Below are positions 8,772-18,204 of a stretch of DNA of 64,000 nucleotides, piece by piece. A program made the translations under genes and the position numbers. The stretch spans positions 1,600,001 through 1,664,000 of the forward strand of contig CBDCDC010000002.1 of the NCBI GenBank assembly GCA_965215195.1, read 5' to 3'. This stretch comes from Candidatus Latescibacterota bacterium (GTDB lineage Bacteria > Latescibacterota > UBA2968 > UBA8231). How positions within the stretch are numbered: the stretch's first letter is position 1; the number at the start of each line of letters is the position of its first letter. The notes under the pieces are model-generated. The model saw only the letters and a list, made by a program, of their open reading frames with translations, was not told the DNA's origin and searched no databases.

Positions 8772-9532
8772 TGTATGTCCTTTCTCGAGATCCTGAGCTG
8801 GAATATCTTCTTGGCGATCTTCAAGACAGGAATCAGGAAGCTCCCCCGCAGGCCATTGTTCCGGCAGGCCCGAGCCACCTCCAAGGCGGCCTTGAGGATA
8901 CTCTTGATGGATTGGGTGGAATTGCCGTGTGGTGCCATGTTGATCAGTACCCGTCTCAGGTATTTCACGTTGATCTCATGCACGAGCATCAGGCGCAGCA
9001 TCAGTTCGTAGTCTGCGGCAATGGGATACTGAAGATCGAATGCGCCGTATCGTTCGTAAACGCGCTGGCGCACGAAGAACGTCGGATGCGGGGGGGGCAT
9101 CCAGCCTAAGAACCACTTGGCTTTCCGGTAGTCTCCGGCCTTCCAATAGCGGATCACCCGGTCGGTTTCGTTGATATAGACTAAGTCCCCATAGCAGGCA
9201 TCGACCTCTTCATCCTCGCTGAAGACCTCTGCAACATCGCGGATGACCAGCGGGTCGCGGTACTGGTCGTCGGCGTTCAGAATCCCGACCACCTCGCCGG
9301 TGGCGTGGCGGATCCCTTTGTTCATGCCGTCGTAGATGCCTTCATCCGGCTCGCTGATGAGCACGGAAATCCTGTCCCGGTAGCGCTCGAGGACTTCGAG
9401 GGTGCCGTCGGTGGAGGCGGCATCTATGACGATAGTTTCCAGTTCGTGCCTGTGCTGCTGGGACAGGATGGATTCCAAAGCGCGCTCGATCCGCACGTCG
9501 TTGAATACCGGCAATACGATGGAGATTTTCAT
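8768..9532 (-). CDS. Glycosyltransferase family 2 (WcaE-like)
   Basis: Probable start MKISIVLPVFN at 9532; DAASTDGT, SEPDEGIYDGMNKG, LNADD, PPHPTFF, IAADYE. Confidence 0.9.
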   Translation of the reverse strand: MKISIVLPVFNDVRIERALESILSQQHRHELETIVIDAASTDGTLEVLERYRDRISVLISEPDEGIYDGMNKGIRHATGEVVGILNADDQYRDPLVIRDVAEVFSEDEEVDACYGDLVYINETDRVIRYWKAGDYRKAKWFLGWMPPPHPTFFVRQRVYERYGAFDLQYPIAADYELMLRLMLVHEINVKYLRRVLINMAPHGNSTQSIKSILKAALEVARACRNNGLRGSFLIPVLKIAKKIFQLRISRKDIQ

Positions 9533-9881
9533 TCGGCTTTGGTGCATGAAGGGCTGAATAAAGACAGGCTCCTTAGTACCGGACATGACCTTGTTGCGCA
9601 AGAATCCATGCCCCTCGTCCAAGGAATCTATCCTGTTCAAAGTATCGTCTCCCCCGCCTTCCGTCAAACATCGTCGCCCGCCTTGCCGTCGCTCGAAGGT
9701 CGCGTAGTGGGTACGCAATTGGCCAGTTGATGCTCGACCGCGAACGAGCAAGCCGTGAGCAGGGCTTGTTATCTCGGACCCATGAAATGGCGAATGAAGT
9801 GAACGACCACCTAGCAGCTAACTGGAACTCGACGATGAACAGGACGAACAGCGTGTTATGCAGCCGGGTGGACATGACCCA

Positions 9882-12203
9882 TTACGGCTTCTCCGATTGT
9901 TCTTCGGATTGTCGCCGCACCAGCATGACGTGGTCGAGCATGATGTGGCCCCAGCCGCTGGTTTCGTCGTCGAATAGTTCCAACTGCAGACGCTCGCCGG
10001 CGACAGCGGCCAAGGGATGGACGACCTGCCTGAACTGCTCCGTATTCCTGCCCCGCCAGACCGCGACTTCGGCACCGTTGGCCAACAGGCGCAGACCGAC
10101 ACCGCTACCCGCGCCGCCGGCGATCAGGAAGGTGAGATGTTGGCCAGGCTCGGCAGTGAACGCCGGCGACAGCACCCGCCCGGTGGCCCGGTTTCCTTTG
10201 TCGGGGTGATAGCTTGTCAGGAAGCCTCGGCTCACGTTGCCGCGGATCGGCTGATAGCCTTTGTAATAGTCGTGTTGGGCATAGTTCGTGACCGCTTCGC
10301 CTGCCGGAAGCCAGCCGTCAAATCCGTCTTCGAAGTAGCCAATAAACTGCTCGCCAACGTAGAGATGACCGCTGACCAGAGGAAGGGCATCGTGGGGCAG
10401 CACGAAGGCGTCCACGCATAACTCCGGCGTACCACATTTGCCTTTGGCTACCGTTTCTTCCCTTTGCCCGAAGGACAACGCGATCAGTTCGTCCGGCGCA
10501 CGGTTCCGGACGAAGGCCTGCGCCAACCGGCCGTCGACGAGGACCGCGATGTCGTCCGAACTGTAGTCGAAGTGCGGCTCCATTCTCTCCCAGAACCAAG
10601 CGGCGGGATCAACACCTTCCAACGGGTTAGCGGAGGCAAGTCTGAACCTGTTTTCGCTCCCACCACCAAGGTATGGAGCACCTGCAAAAAGCGTATTATC
10701 GAAGTCAATTTCAACCTTCTCAGTATTGGCCAAGTGGGTTATTCCGAATTCTCTGTAGAGCAGCTTGAATGTACCCTTCGTATGGATGTATCTGTCTGGA
10801 TCTCCCGTTGTTACACGAAAATAATCGTAGGAATTGACCAATCCGTCCAAGTTCACCACCGGAAAGCGCGAGAAGTACCCTATGACGCCGGCGTCCCACG
10901 ACCCAATCACGCTGTCTTTGGGAAGCAGATGATCCATAACCTGTACGCCCATGTAAGAAGTAATCTCCCATTCGCGGTAGGTTGACTCGCTCATTCGGTC
11001 AACCCACCTGAAGGGGTAGGTGAAATCCGCCTTCCCAGTAAGGAAAGCCGCGCCGGAAATGACAATGCCCACGCTCACGATGTTTGCCGCTTGGGGCAAC
11101 CTCGCTCCAATGAAACGGCGGATGAGATGGATAGCGACAAAGCACCTTAATGGAATAATAATCAGTGCCATCATCAGGTACGCCGGGACGAAATACCAGC
11201 CATAGCGTCCCCAAGAAGGATAGATGGTGAGAACGGTCTGTGCGAACTTGGCCAGATGACCGGCCGCCAGGCCGAACACGCCCGCAAGGAAGGCCAGCAG
11301 CAGCCAATCTCCCTCGCTCTTGGAGCGACGGGCGAACCACCAGACCAGCAGCAGATAAGCGCAAATTTCCAGTGCCACCAACAGCTCGTAGTTGAAGACG
11401 GGAATCTGCAATACGTCCCAGAAGTTCCGGGCGAAGCTGTACCCGCCTTCCCGCTCAAATCTTATCTGTGACCAGACCTGCTTGGTGGCCCCGCTCACCG
11501 GTACGAGGCCGCCGAACACGATTCTGTTATAGGCGAAGTACACCGAGATGCTCGCGCAGGCGGCGAGAAATGGTACGGCTGCCTTTGGGACGCGCGTTTT
11601 GAACGGCGCGCCAGGCGGACGGTCTTGCCCTGAGTACTCAATGAGGCACAATGCCGCTGTTGCCGCCAGCGATATGGCGATGTACTCCAAGCGCACCCAA
11701 GGCAGAAGGAAAGCGATTGTTGCCAGCAGTCCCACCCACCGCCGCGGGTCGCGGGCATAGAGCACCAATGCCAGAAACAGCAGCGCCAGCGCGAACAGCG
11801 CTGCGGCGGCCTCCATGCCAAATATCAAATACAGGTGGTAGCGCCCCTCGTAGAGGGCCGGCAGAACCGCGAGCAGCAGAATATAGGGCAGACGGGCCAG
11901 CCGGGCGGCCACTGCGACCAGCGACACGCCGGAGGCGACGAGCATGATCTCGAACGCCTTGATGGCGAACAGCGCGGTTTCCTTGTCGAACACCCAGTAG
12001 AACGGGACGATCATAAACAGCCAGAGGGGATGGTAGCCGTTGGTCTCCGTGATGCCGCCGTCGAAGGTCGAGAACTTCCCCTCGGCCATGTTGTAGGCGA
12101 TTTGGAAGTAGTAGAAGGAGTCGTCCCCGTTTACGTCGCGGAGCAAGTTGACCAAGTCGAAGCGCTCAAGCATGTACCAAGCGAACCCGGCTCCATACGC
12201 CAA
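9882..12203 (-). CDS. GT-C-like multi-TM glycosyltransferase with C-terminal beta-sandwich (CBM38/levanase-accessory-like); true start uncertain
   Basis: DDSFYYFQIA, NGYHPLW, GME, WDAG.IGYFS..PVVNLDGLVN. C-terminal TGRVLSPAF..FLIAGG..GWGHIMLDHV module. Confidence 0.7.
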   Translation of the reverse strand: MAYGAGFAWYMLERFDLVNLLRDVNGDDSFYYFQIAYNMAEGKFSTFDGGITETNGYHPLWLFMIVPFYWVFDKETALFAIKAFEIMLVASGVSLVAVAARLARLPYILLLAVLPALYEGRYHLYLIFGMEAAAALFALALLFLALVLYARDPRRWVGLLATIAFLLPWVRLEYIAISLAATAALCLIEYSGQDRPPGAPFKTRVPKAAVPFLAACASISVYFAYNRIVFGGLVPVSGATKQVWSQIRFEREGGYSFARNFWDVLQIPVFNYELLVALEICAYLLLVWWFARRSKSEGDWLLLAFLAGVFGLAAGHLAKFAQTVLTIYPSWGRYGWYFVPAYLMMALIIIPLRCFVAIHLIRRFIGARLPQAANIVSVGIVISGAAFLTGKADFTYPFRWVDRMSESTYREWEITSYMGVQVMDHLLPKDSVIGSWDAGVIGYFSRFPVVNLDGLVNSYDYFRVTTGDPDRYIHTKGTFKLLYREFGITHLANTEKVEIDFDNTLFAGAPYLGGGSENRFRLASANPLEGVDPAAWFWERMEPHFDYSSDDIAVLVDGRLAQAFVRNRAPDELIALSFGQREETVAKGKCGTPELCVDAFVLPHDALPLVSGHLYVGEQFIGYFEDGFDGWLPAGEAVTNYAQHDYYKGYQPIRGNVSRGFLTSYHPDKGNRATGRVLSPAFTAEPGQHLTFLIAGGAGSGVGLRLLANGAEVAVWRGRNTEQFRQVVHPLAAVAGERLQLELFDDETSGWGHIMLDHVMLVRRQSEEQSEKP

Positions 12204-12304
12204 GATGCCCCCAATGAACAGGGCGAACAGGGCGTTGTGCCACGAGGAGGACAGGGTTATTCCCCTCTCCCAGATAGGGCGAGGACCCGCACTCGCGCAT
12301 CCGT

Positions 12305-12460
12305 TGGCGTCGCGGCTGCCGTCGTCAACATAGACGAGCTCGAAATCAAGGTCGGGGACTTGTCCAAGCGTGGCGACCAGATGGCGATGGGTCTCGCGGA
12401 GCAGGGTGCTACAACGGACAGGCGCACGAGGGTCGGCGCTGTTTCGATTCTATCGTCCAT
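12305..12460 (-). pseudogene. Frameshifted N-terminal fragment of a GtrB/DPM-like GT2
   Basis: One frame gives MDDRIETAPTLVRLSVVAPC; a second frame continues LRETHRHLVATLGQVPDLDFELVYVDDGSRDA and is in frame with the downstream GT-C ORF. Confidence 0.75.
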
Positions 12461-12511
12461 GGCGTACCGTTCCGGTCATCGCTCGCCCAAATAGAGCCGA
12501 TCACTGAAATC

Positions 12512-14887
12512 CTATTGATTGCTGGATGGACTGGAGTTTGACAAACCCACCATGAAAACTCCTTCCCAGACTTGGCCTTCTCCGGGCACATACTGGCCAG
12601 TTCGGATTGCCGCAATGTCGTAGTCTGGCAGGTCTCGATTCACCACGCAGATTCCTTCTTCAATGAGGCCGCCGAATTGTCTGTAGTCAAAGTCGAGATT
12701 GTCAAAGCCGTACTGCTTGCGATGGCCGGGCAGGTCGTTCACGTTAACCGGATCGAGATGCAGGAAGAACCTTGCGTCAACGTCATTCTGTTTGCACCGC
12801 TCCTTCACGTAGGTAAGTTGGTTTCCACTGAGGTACACATCGAATGTGGAGGATATTACCGGCTGCATGTTCGCCAGGTATTCATGTAACGACATTGCTT
12901 CAACCCGCACCGGGGAAAGGGCGTTGTGGGGCAGTTCAAAAGCTTCCACGCAGTACCCCAGGTGATTCACCCTCGGGTCTCTCCACACGTAGCGGACGCT
13001 CTCAGCCGTTGCGCTCTCCGCGGGAAACCAAGAGAACGCGAATATCTTCTGACGAATATGCTCAGGTTCACAATCCTTAGCCAAAACTTGGGCCATTCTG
13101 TCTTCCACGAAAACGCCTACTCCATCTGACTCGAAGTGAAAATGAGGCCTTATTCTCTCCCAGAAATAGGCATTGCTGTCGAGCTCGTCCCATGCCGGCG
13201 GCGGCTTTGCAGCCCAGACCCTGAAGTCAAGCACTCGATTTCCGCTCTTGCCAAATGGAGTGCCTTGAAATAGCAATACTTCGTTTCCGTGGGGGTCAGG
13301 AGCACCAAAATCACTATACCTGATGTAGTGAGTTATTCCGATTTGTTCTCCATATTGGGGTGGCATTCGACCTATCGCGTCGTAGGATTTGGGCGCGTGC
13401 AGGTAATCGTAGGAATTCACGAGACCATCCAAGTTTACCACGGGGAAGCGAGAGAAATATCCGATTATGCCGGCGTCCCACGTTCCAACGATACTGTCCT
13501 CCGGAAGCACGCGGTTCATTACTCTTGTGATCAAGTAGGCTGGTGCCCATGCTCTATCTCCGTTCTGGAAGTTGCTGCGATTGCCATATTTGACATGGCC
13601 GAAAGGACCCTCAAAGTTCGTCTTTATGACCAGAAAAAGCGTGCCTGTGATGATGATCCCCAAACTCAAGCGATTGGCGGCACGGGGCGATTTCGGCCCG
13701 ACCAGCCAACGTCCACAGTAAATCGCAAGATAGCAAAAGACTGGAACAGCCAGAGCCATCATCAGGTACGCAGGAACGAAATACCACGGCTCTACTCCAG
13801 GCCTGGGGTACACCGTCAGAACAGTTTGCGCGAACTTCGCCAGATGGCCCGCCGCCAAACCGAACACGCCTACTAGAAAAACCAAGAATGGCCATTCCTC
13901 TCGGCGTCGGGAATGGCGGGTTGACCACCAGACAAGCAGGATGCAGGCGCAGAGTCCGGCGGCGAGCAGTAGCTCGTAATTCAAAGCTGGAACTTGCAGG
14001 GTCCTCTGAAGATTTCCTACGAGATTGTACCCGCCTTCATTCTCAAAGCTGCCCTGCGACCACGCCTGCTTGGTCGCGCCGCTCACCGGTACGATCCCAC
14101 CAAAGACGATGCCGTTATAGGCGAAGTAAACGAGGATGCCGGCGACCGCACCCAGCAATGGCGCAACAGCGTGGAGCGCTCGTATGGAACGAATTAGGCC
14201 GGGCGGCCGCTCCTGCCACAACCACTCGATGAGACACAGCGCGGCGGTAGCCGCCAAGGATATAGCCATGAACTCGAGGCGGACCCAAGGCAGACTAATG
14301 GCAACAGCCGTGAGGAACCACCGCCAACGGCTCGAACTTCTGGCATAGAGGGAGAGAGCGAAGAAGAGCAGTCCTAGCATGAACAGCGCGGCGGCAGCTT
14401 CCATTCCAAGAAGCATACCGCGCTGGAGATAGAGGACGGGCAGCGCGGTGATCAACAGAATCCAAGGCAGGCGGCATATTCGAGCAGCGAGAACGATCAG
14501 GACAACGCCGCCGGCGATTAGCATGATCTCGAAGGCCTTGATGCCGAACAGCGCCGCTTCCTTGTCGAACACCCAATAGAACGGCGTGATGAGCAACATC
14601 CAGAGGGGGTGATAGCCGTTAGTTTGCGTGATGCCGCCATCGAAGGTCGAGAACTTCCCCGCGGACAGGTGATAGGCTATCTGGGAATAGTAGAAGGCGT
14701 CATCAACATTGCCCAAGGTCCGAGGACGGAGTAGGTCGACTAGGTCAAATTGATCAAGCATGTACCAAGCGAACCCGGCTCCATACGATAGGATGCCCCC
14801 GATGAACAGGGCGAACAGGGCGTTGCGTCCCGTCGAACACCGCGGCCGGTGTTCCCGGCTTCGCTTGGAACTGACGTCGTCGCCCAT
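12512..14887 (-). CDS. GT-C-like multi-TM glycosyltransferase paralog with C-terminal FFLH/FDNLDF/IRTGQY domain
   Basis: Same DDAFYY/NGYHPLW/GME/WDAG core as 9882-12203. Probable start ATG 14887. Confidence 0.72.
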   Translation of the reverse strand: MGDDVSSKRSREHRPRCSTGRNALFALFIGGILSYGAGFAWYMLDQFDLVDLLRPRTLGNVDDAFYYSQIAYHLSAGKFSTFDGGITQTNGYHPLWMLLITPFYWVFDKEAALFGIKAFEIMLIAGGVVLIVLAARICRLPWILLITALPVLYLQRGMLLGMEAAAALFMLGLLFFALSLYARSSSRWRWFLTAVAISLPWVRLEFMAISLAATAALCLIEWLWQERPPGLIRSIRALHAVAPLLGAVAGILVYFAYNGIVFGGIVPVSGATKQAWSQGSFENEGGYNLVGNLQRTLQVPALNYELLLAAGLCACILLVWWSTRHSRRREEWPFLVFLVGVFGLAAGHLAKFAQTVLTVYPRPGVEPWYFVPAYLMMALAVPVFCYLAIYCGRWLVGPKSPRAANRLSLGIIITGTLFLVIKTNFEGPFGHVKYGNRSNFQNGDRAWAPAYLITRVMNRVLPEDSIVGTWDAGIIGYFSRFPVVNLDGLVNSYDYLHAPKSYDAIGRMPPQYGEQIGITHYIRYSDFGAPDPHGNEVLLFQGTPFGKSGNRVLDFRVWAAKPPPAWDELDSNAYFWERIRPHFHFESDGVGVFVEDRMAQVLAKDCEPEHIRQKIFAFSWFPAESATAESVRYVWRDPRVNHLGYCVEAFELPHNALSPVRVEAMSLHEYLANMQPVISSTFDVYLSGNQLTYVKERCKQNDVDARFFLHLDPVNVNDLPGHRKQYGFDNLDFDYRQFGGLIEEGICVVNRDLPDYDIAAIRTGQYVPGEGQVWEGVFMVGLSNSSPSSNQ

Positions 14888-14888
14888 C

Positions 14889-16454
14889 TCAGACGTGCGC
14901 CACGTCGAACGCCACGATGTTGCGAGTTTCCTTGCCAAACTCCACACCGACTAGGTGGATCGGCTGGCCCAAGTGGCGGTACTTATCGGCGTAGCCTTTC
15001 TCCTGCAACTGCGCCAAGGCCGCGCCCGTAGCATCCTTCTCCACCGCCTTGAACTCAAACAGGTACACATGGTCGTTGAACCGGACCGCCATGTCCGCAC
15101 GCCCGCCGCTGCTGCTTTCCTCACCCGCGACGGCGAGGCCCCGCGACTCAAAGCAGGAATGGAACACGGTGGCGTAGTAGCCCTCGTAGTTCGCCATCGG
15201 ATTGTTCATGTGCCACTCGTACGGAATGCTGGCGAACAGGGCCCGGAACGTCTCCTCCAGTCCGGCGAAGTCGTTGGCCTTCAGCAACCTAAGCAGCTGG
15301 TCGCCTTCCACCAGCCGGCGCGAAGCAGCCGGCACCAAGGCATTCAACAGGCTCCGATTCAGGCTCTGCCGCACCTCGCGGTTGGGATAGCCCAGCCGGT
15401 AAAAGGTTTCGCCGCCGAGACGTTCCCGCTCTAGAATCGTCAGGTAGCCGGTCTGGAACAAGAGTGCCTCCGTGGCAATGTCGTCCACGTCGAAGGCGGA
15501 CAGCAGGTCCCGGCTGGCCAGCATGCCGTCCAAGGCTGCCGAACCCACCCCACGCGCCATTAGCGTGTCCACCAAGAACGTCGGCGTACCGGTCTCGAAC
15601 CACCAAGGCTCGAACTCGCGCTCGTCGAACAGCAGGAGGATGTCAAAGGGATTATAGACCTTCTCCCCCCCCAGCCAACTATAGCCGTTGTACCAAGCGC
15701 GGATCTCCGCCCGGTCCAAGCCCGGCAACTCGGGCGCGAACACTGCATCGAGGTCCGCCTCTGTGTAGCCGCAGATGGCCGAGTAGCGCGAATCGAGGGT
15801 GAGGTCTCGGAGGTTGTTCAGCCCCGAGAACCTGCTCACCCCGGTCAGCAGCGTGAACTTGATGTGCGCGTCCGCGAACTTGATCGTCGAATACAGGCCG
15901 CGAAGGTAATTGCGGTTGGCGCGCGCCACCTGCGGCACTTCCAAGGCGTCCAAGATCGGCTTGTCGTACTCGTCCACCAGCACCACGACGCGATGCCCGA
16001 CCCGCTCGCGCAACGCCTCCACAAGATGGGCAAAGCGCCCCGGCGCGGTCGCGTACTCAGGTGCCACACCCTCCCGACGTGCGATGGCGGCCAGTTGCTC
16101 CATGACGTTCGCCTCGAGGTTGCCCGGCCTCGTGAAGTCGCCGCCGCTGAAATCGAGCCGCACCACCGGCCGGCGAACCGTCCAGTCCTCCCAACTATCG
16201 TGGATGGCCAACCCCCGGAACAGGGCCTCGTTCCCCTCGAACGCCTCCTTGATGGTGTCCACCAGAAGGCTCTTGCCGAACCGCCGAGGGCGCGACAGGA
16301 AGTAGTGCGTACCTTCGTCCGCCAACCGCTGGATGTAGGCGGTCTTATCGACGTAGTAGTACCCCCCCTCGCGAATCGTGCGAAAGGTCTGGAGGCCAAT
16401 GGGCAGCTTGCGCCTCGGCTTTCCAATCCGGTCGTCAGGCTCTGTCCCTGTCAT
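14889..16454 (-). CDS. AAA-ATPase-like plus PD-(D/E)XK nuclease domain protein (copy 2, 18-bp in-frame deletion)
   Basis: KLPIGLQTF, YYVDKT, Walker A RPRRFGKS, Walker B VDEYDKP, C-terminal GRAD....FEFK..A..Q...KGY. Confidence 0.92.
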   Translation of the reverse strand: MTGTEPDDRIGKPRRKLPIGLQTFRTIREGGYYYVDKTAYIQRLADEGTHYFLSRPRRFGKSLLVDTIKEAFEGNEALFRGLAIHDSWEDWTVRRPVVRLDFSGGDFTRPGNLEANVMEQLAAIARREGVAPEYATAPGRFAHLVEALRERVGHRVVVLVDEYDKPILDALEVPQVARANRNYLRGLYSTIKFADAHIKFTLLTGVSRFSGLNNLRDLTLDSRYSAICGYTEADLDAVFAPELPGLDRAEIRAWYNGYSWLGGEKVYNPFDILLLFDEREFEPWWFETGTPTFLVDTLMARGVGSAALDGMLASRDLLSAFDVDDIATEALLFQTGYLTILERERLGGETFYRLGYPNREVRQSLNRSLLNALVPAASRRLVEGDQLLRLLKANDFAGLEETFRALFASIPYEWHMNNPMANYEGYYATVFHSCFESRGLAVAGEESSSGGRADMAVRFNDHVYLFEFKAVEKDATGAALAQLQEKGYADKYRHLGQPIHLVGVEFGKETRNIVAFDVAHV

Positions 16455-16574
16455 CGGCGTACTCCAGCGAACTCGGCATCCAGCAGCGGACCGCTGGGCA
16501 GAATCTTCGGTTTTTGATTTTCGCTTTTGATCATATCTGAATGGTACGCGGCGACCCTACTCGGCGGCGTCTAA

Positions 16575-16593
16575 CAGGTGCCTAGCACCTGTA
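16575..16593. terminator. Short hairpin downstream of AAA copy 1
   Basis: acaggtgc-cta-gcacctgt. Confidence 0.35.
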
Positions 16594-16596
16594 TTC

Positions 16597-18186
16597 TCAG
16601 ACGTGCGCCACGTCGAACGCCACGATGTTGCGAGTTTCCTTGCCAAACTCCACACCGACTAGGTGGATCGGCTGGCCCAAGTGGCGGTACTTATCGGCGT
16701 AGCCTTTCTCCTGCAACTGCGCCAACGCCGCGCCCGTAGCATCCTTCTCCACCGCCTTGAACTCAAACAGGTACACATGGTCGTTGAACCGGACCGCCAT
16801 GTCCGCGCGGCCTCGGGCACCGCTGTCCTCGGCCGTGATGTCCAACTCCGGCCCCAACGCCGCGAAGTGGGCGTGGAGCACGCTCGCGTAGTAGCCCTCG
16901 TAGTTGGCGAGGTCGTTCCTCACATGCCATTGGTACGGGATGTTGGCGAAAAACCCCTTGAACAGCGCCTCCATGCCGGCGAAGTCATTGGCCAGCAGCA
17001 GATCGTATAGCTGGTCGCTGTGATCCTCCCGCTGCATTCGGCTTCCCGCCAAGCGGTCCAGCAGGTTCTCGCTCAGGCTTTGCCGCACCTCCTGGTTCGG
17101 GTAGCCCAGCCGGTAGCGCGTCTGCCCGCGGCGGCGCTCCGCTGCATGGATGGTCAGGTAGCCGGTCTGGAACAGCAGGGCCTCCGTGGCAATGTCGTCC
17201 ACGTCGAAGGCGGACAGCAGGGCCTCGCTGGCCAGCCTGCCGTCCAGTGCCAGCGAGCCGACCCCGCGCTTGAGCAGCGTATCCACCAAGAACGTCGGCG
17301 TACCGGTCTCGAACCACCATGCTTTGAACTCGCGCGTGTCGAACAGCAGGAGGATGTCAAAGGGATTATAGACCTTCTCTCCCCCCAGCCAACTATAGCC
17401 GTTGTACCAAGCGCGGATCGCCGCCCGGTCCAAGCCCGGCAACTCGGGCGCGAACACTGCATCGAGGTCCGCCTCTGTGTAGCCGCAGATGGCCGAGTAG
17501 CGCGAATCGAGGGTGAGGTCTCGGAGGTTGTTCAGCCCCGAGAACAGACTGACCCTAGAGAACCTGCTCACCCCGGTCAGCAGCGTGAACTTGATGTGCG
17601 CGTCCGCGAACTTGATCGTCGAATACAGGCCGCGAAGGTAATTGCGGTTGGCGCGCGCCACCTGCGGCACTTCCAAGGCGTCCAAGATCGGCTTGTCGTA
17701 CTCGTCCACCAGCACCACGACGCGATGCCCGACCCGCTCGCGCAACGCCTCCACAAGATGGGCAAAACGCCCCGGCGCAGTCGCGTACTCAGGTGCCACA
17801 CCCTCCCGACGTGCGATGGCGGCCAGTTGCTCCATGACGTTCGCCTCGAGGTTGCCCGGCCTCGTGAAGTCGCCGCCGCTGAAATCGAGCCGCACCACCG
17901 GCCGGCGAACCGTCCAGTCCTCCCAACTATCGTGGATGGCCAACCCCCGGAACAGGGCCTCGTTCCCCTCGAACGCCTCCTTGATGGTGTCCACCAGAAG
18001 GCTCTTGCCGAACCGCCGAGGGCGCGACAGGAAGTAGTGCGTACCTTCGTCCGCCAACCGCTGGATGTAGGCGGTCTTATCGACGTAGTAGTACCCCCCC
18101 TCGCGAATCGTGCGAAAGGTCTGGAGGCCAATGGGCAGCTTGCGCCTCGGCTTTCCGACCCGGTCGTCAGGCTCTGTCCGCGTCAT
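16597..18186 (-). CDS. AAA-ATPase-like plus PD-(D/E)XK nuclease domain protein (copy 1)
   Basis: Same motifs as copy 2, with intact TGVSRFSRVSLFSGLNN. Confidence 0.92.
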   Translation of the reverse strand: MTRTEPDDRVGKPRRKLPIGLQTFRTIREGGYYYVDKTAYIQRLADEGTHYFLSRPRRFGKSLLVDTIKEAFEGNEALFRGLAIHDSWEDWTVRRPVVRLDFSGGDFTRPGNLEANVMEQLAAIARREGVAPEYATAPGRFAHLVEALRERVGHRVVVLVDEYDKPILDALEVPQVARANRNYLRGLYSTIKFADAHIKFTLLTGVSRFSRVSLFSGLNNLRDLTLDSRYSAICGYTEADLDAVFAPELPGLDRAAIRAWYNGYSWLGGEKVYNPFDILLLFDTREFKAWWFETGTPTFLVDTLLKRGVGSLALDGRLASEALLSAFDVDDIATEALLFQTGYLTIHAAERRRGQTRYRLGYPNQEVRQSLSENLLDRLAGSRMQREDHSDQLYDLLLANDFAGMEALFKGFFANIPYQWHVRNDLANYEGYYASVLHAHFAALGPELDITAEDSGARGRADMAVRFNDHVYLFEFKAVEKDATGAALAQLQEKGYADKYRHLGQPIHLVGVEFGKETRNIVAFDVAHV

Positions 18187-18204
18187 CGGCGTACTCCACT
18201 GATC

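Noticed and set aside
9533-9881. Small ORFs or possible membrane-protein remnant between the GT-C and GT2 genes
   Set aside because: No family could be assigned; the 5' extension of the GT2 ORF looks non-coding.
16470-16535. Short minus-strand MIKSENQKPKILPSGPLL, faintly like the ExoA-like N-terminus (SSGPLP)
   Set aside because: Similarity too short to support a collapsed GT remnant.
14889-18186. Diversity-generating retroelement TR/VR explanation for the variable segment
   Set aside because: Differences are not adenine-specific, include indels, and no reverse transcriptase is present in the window.
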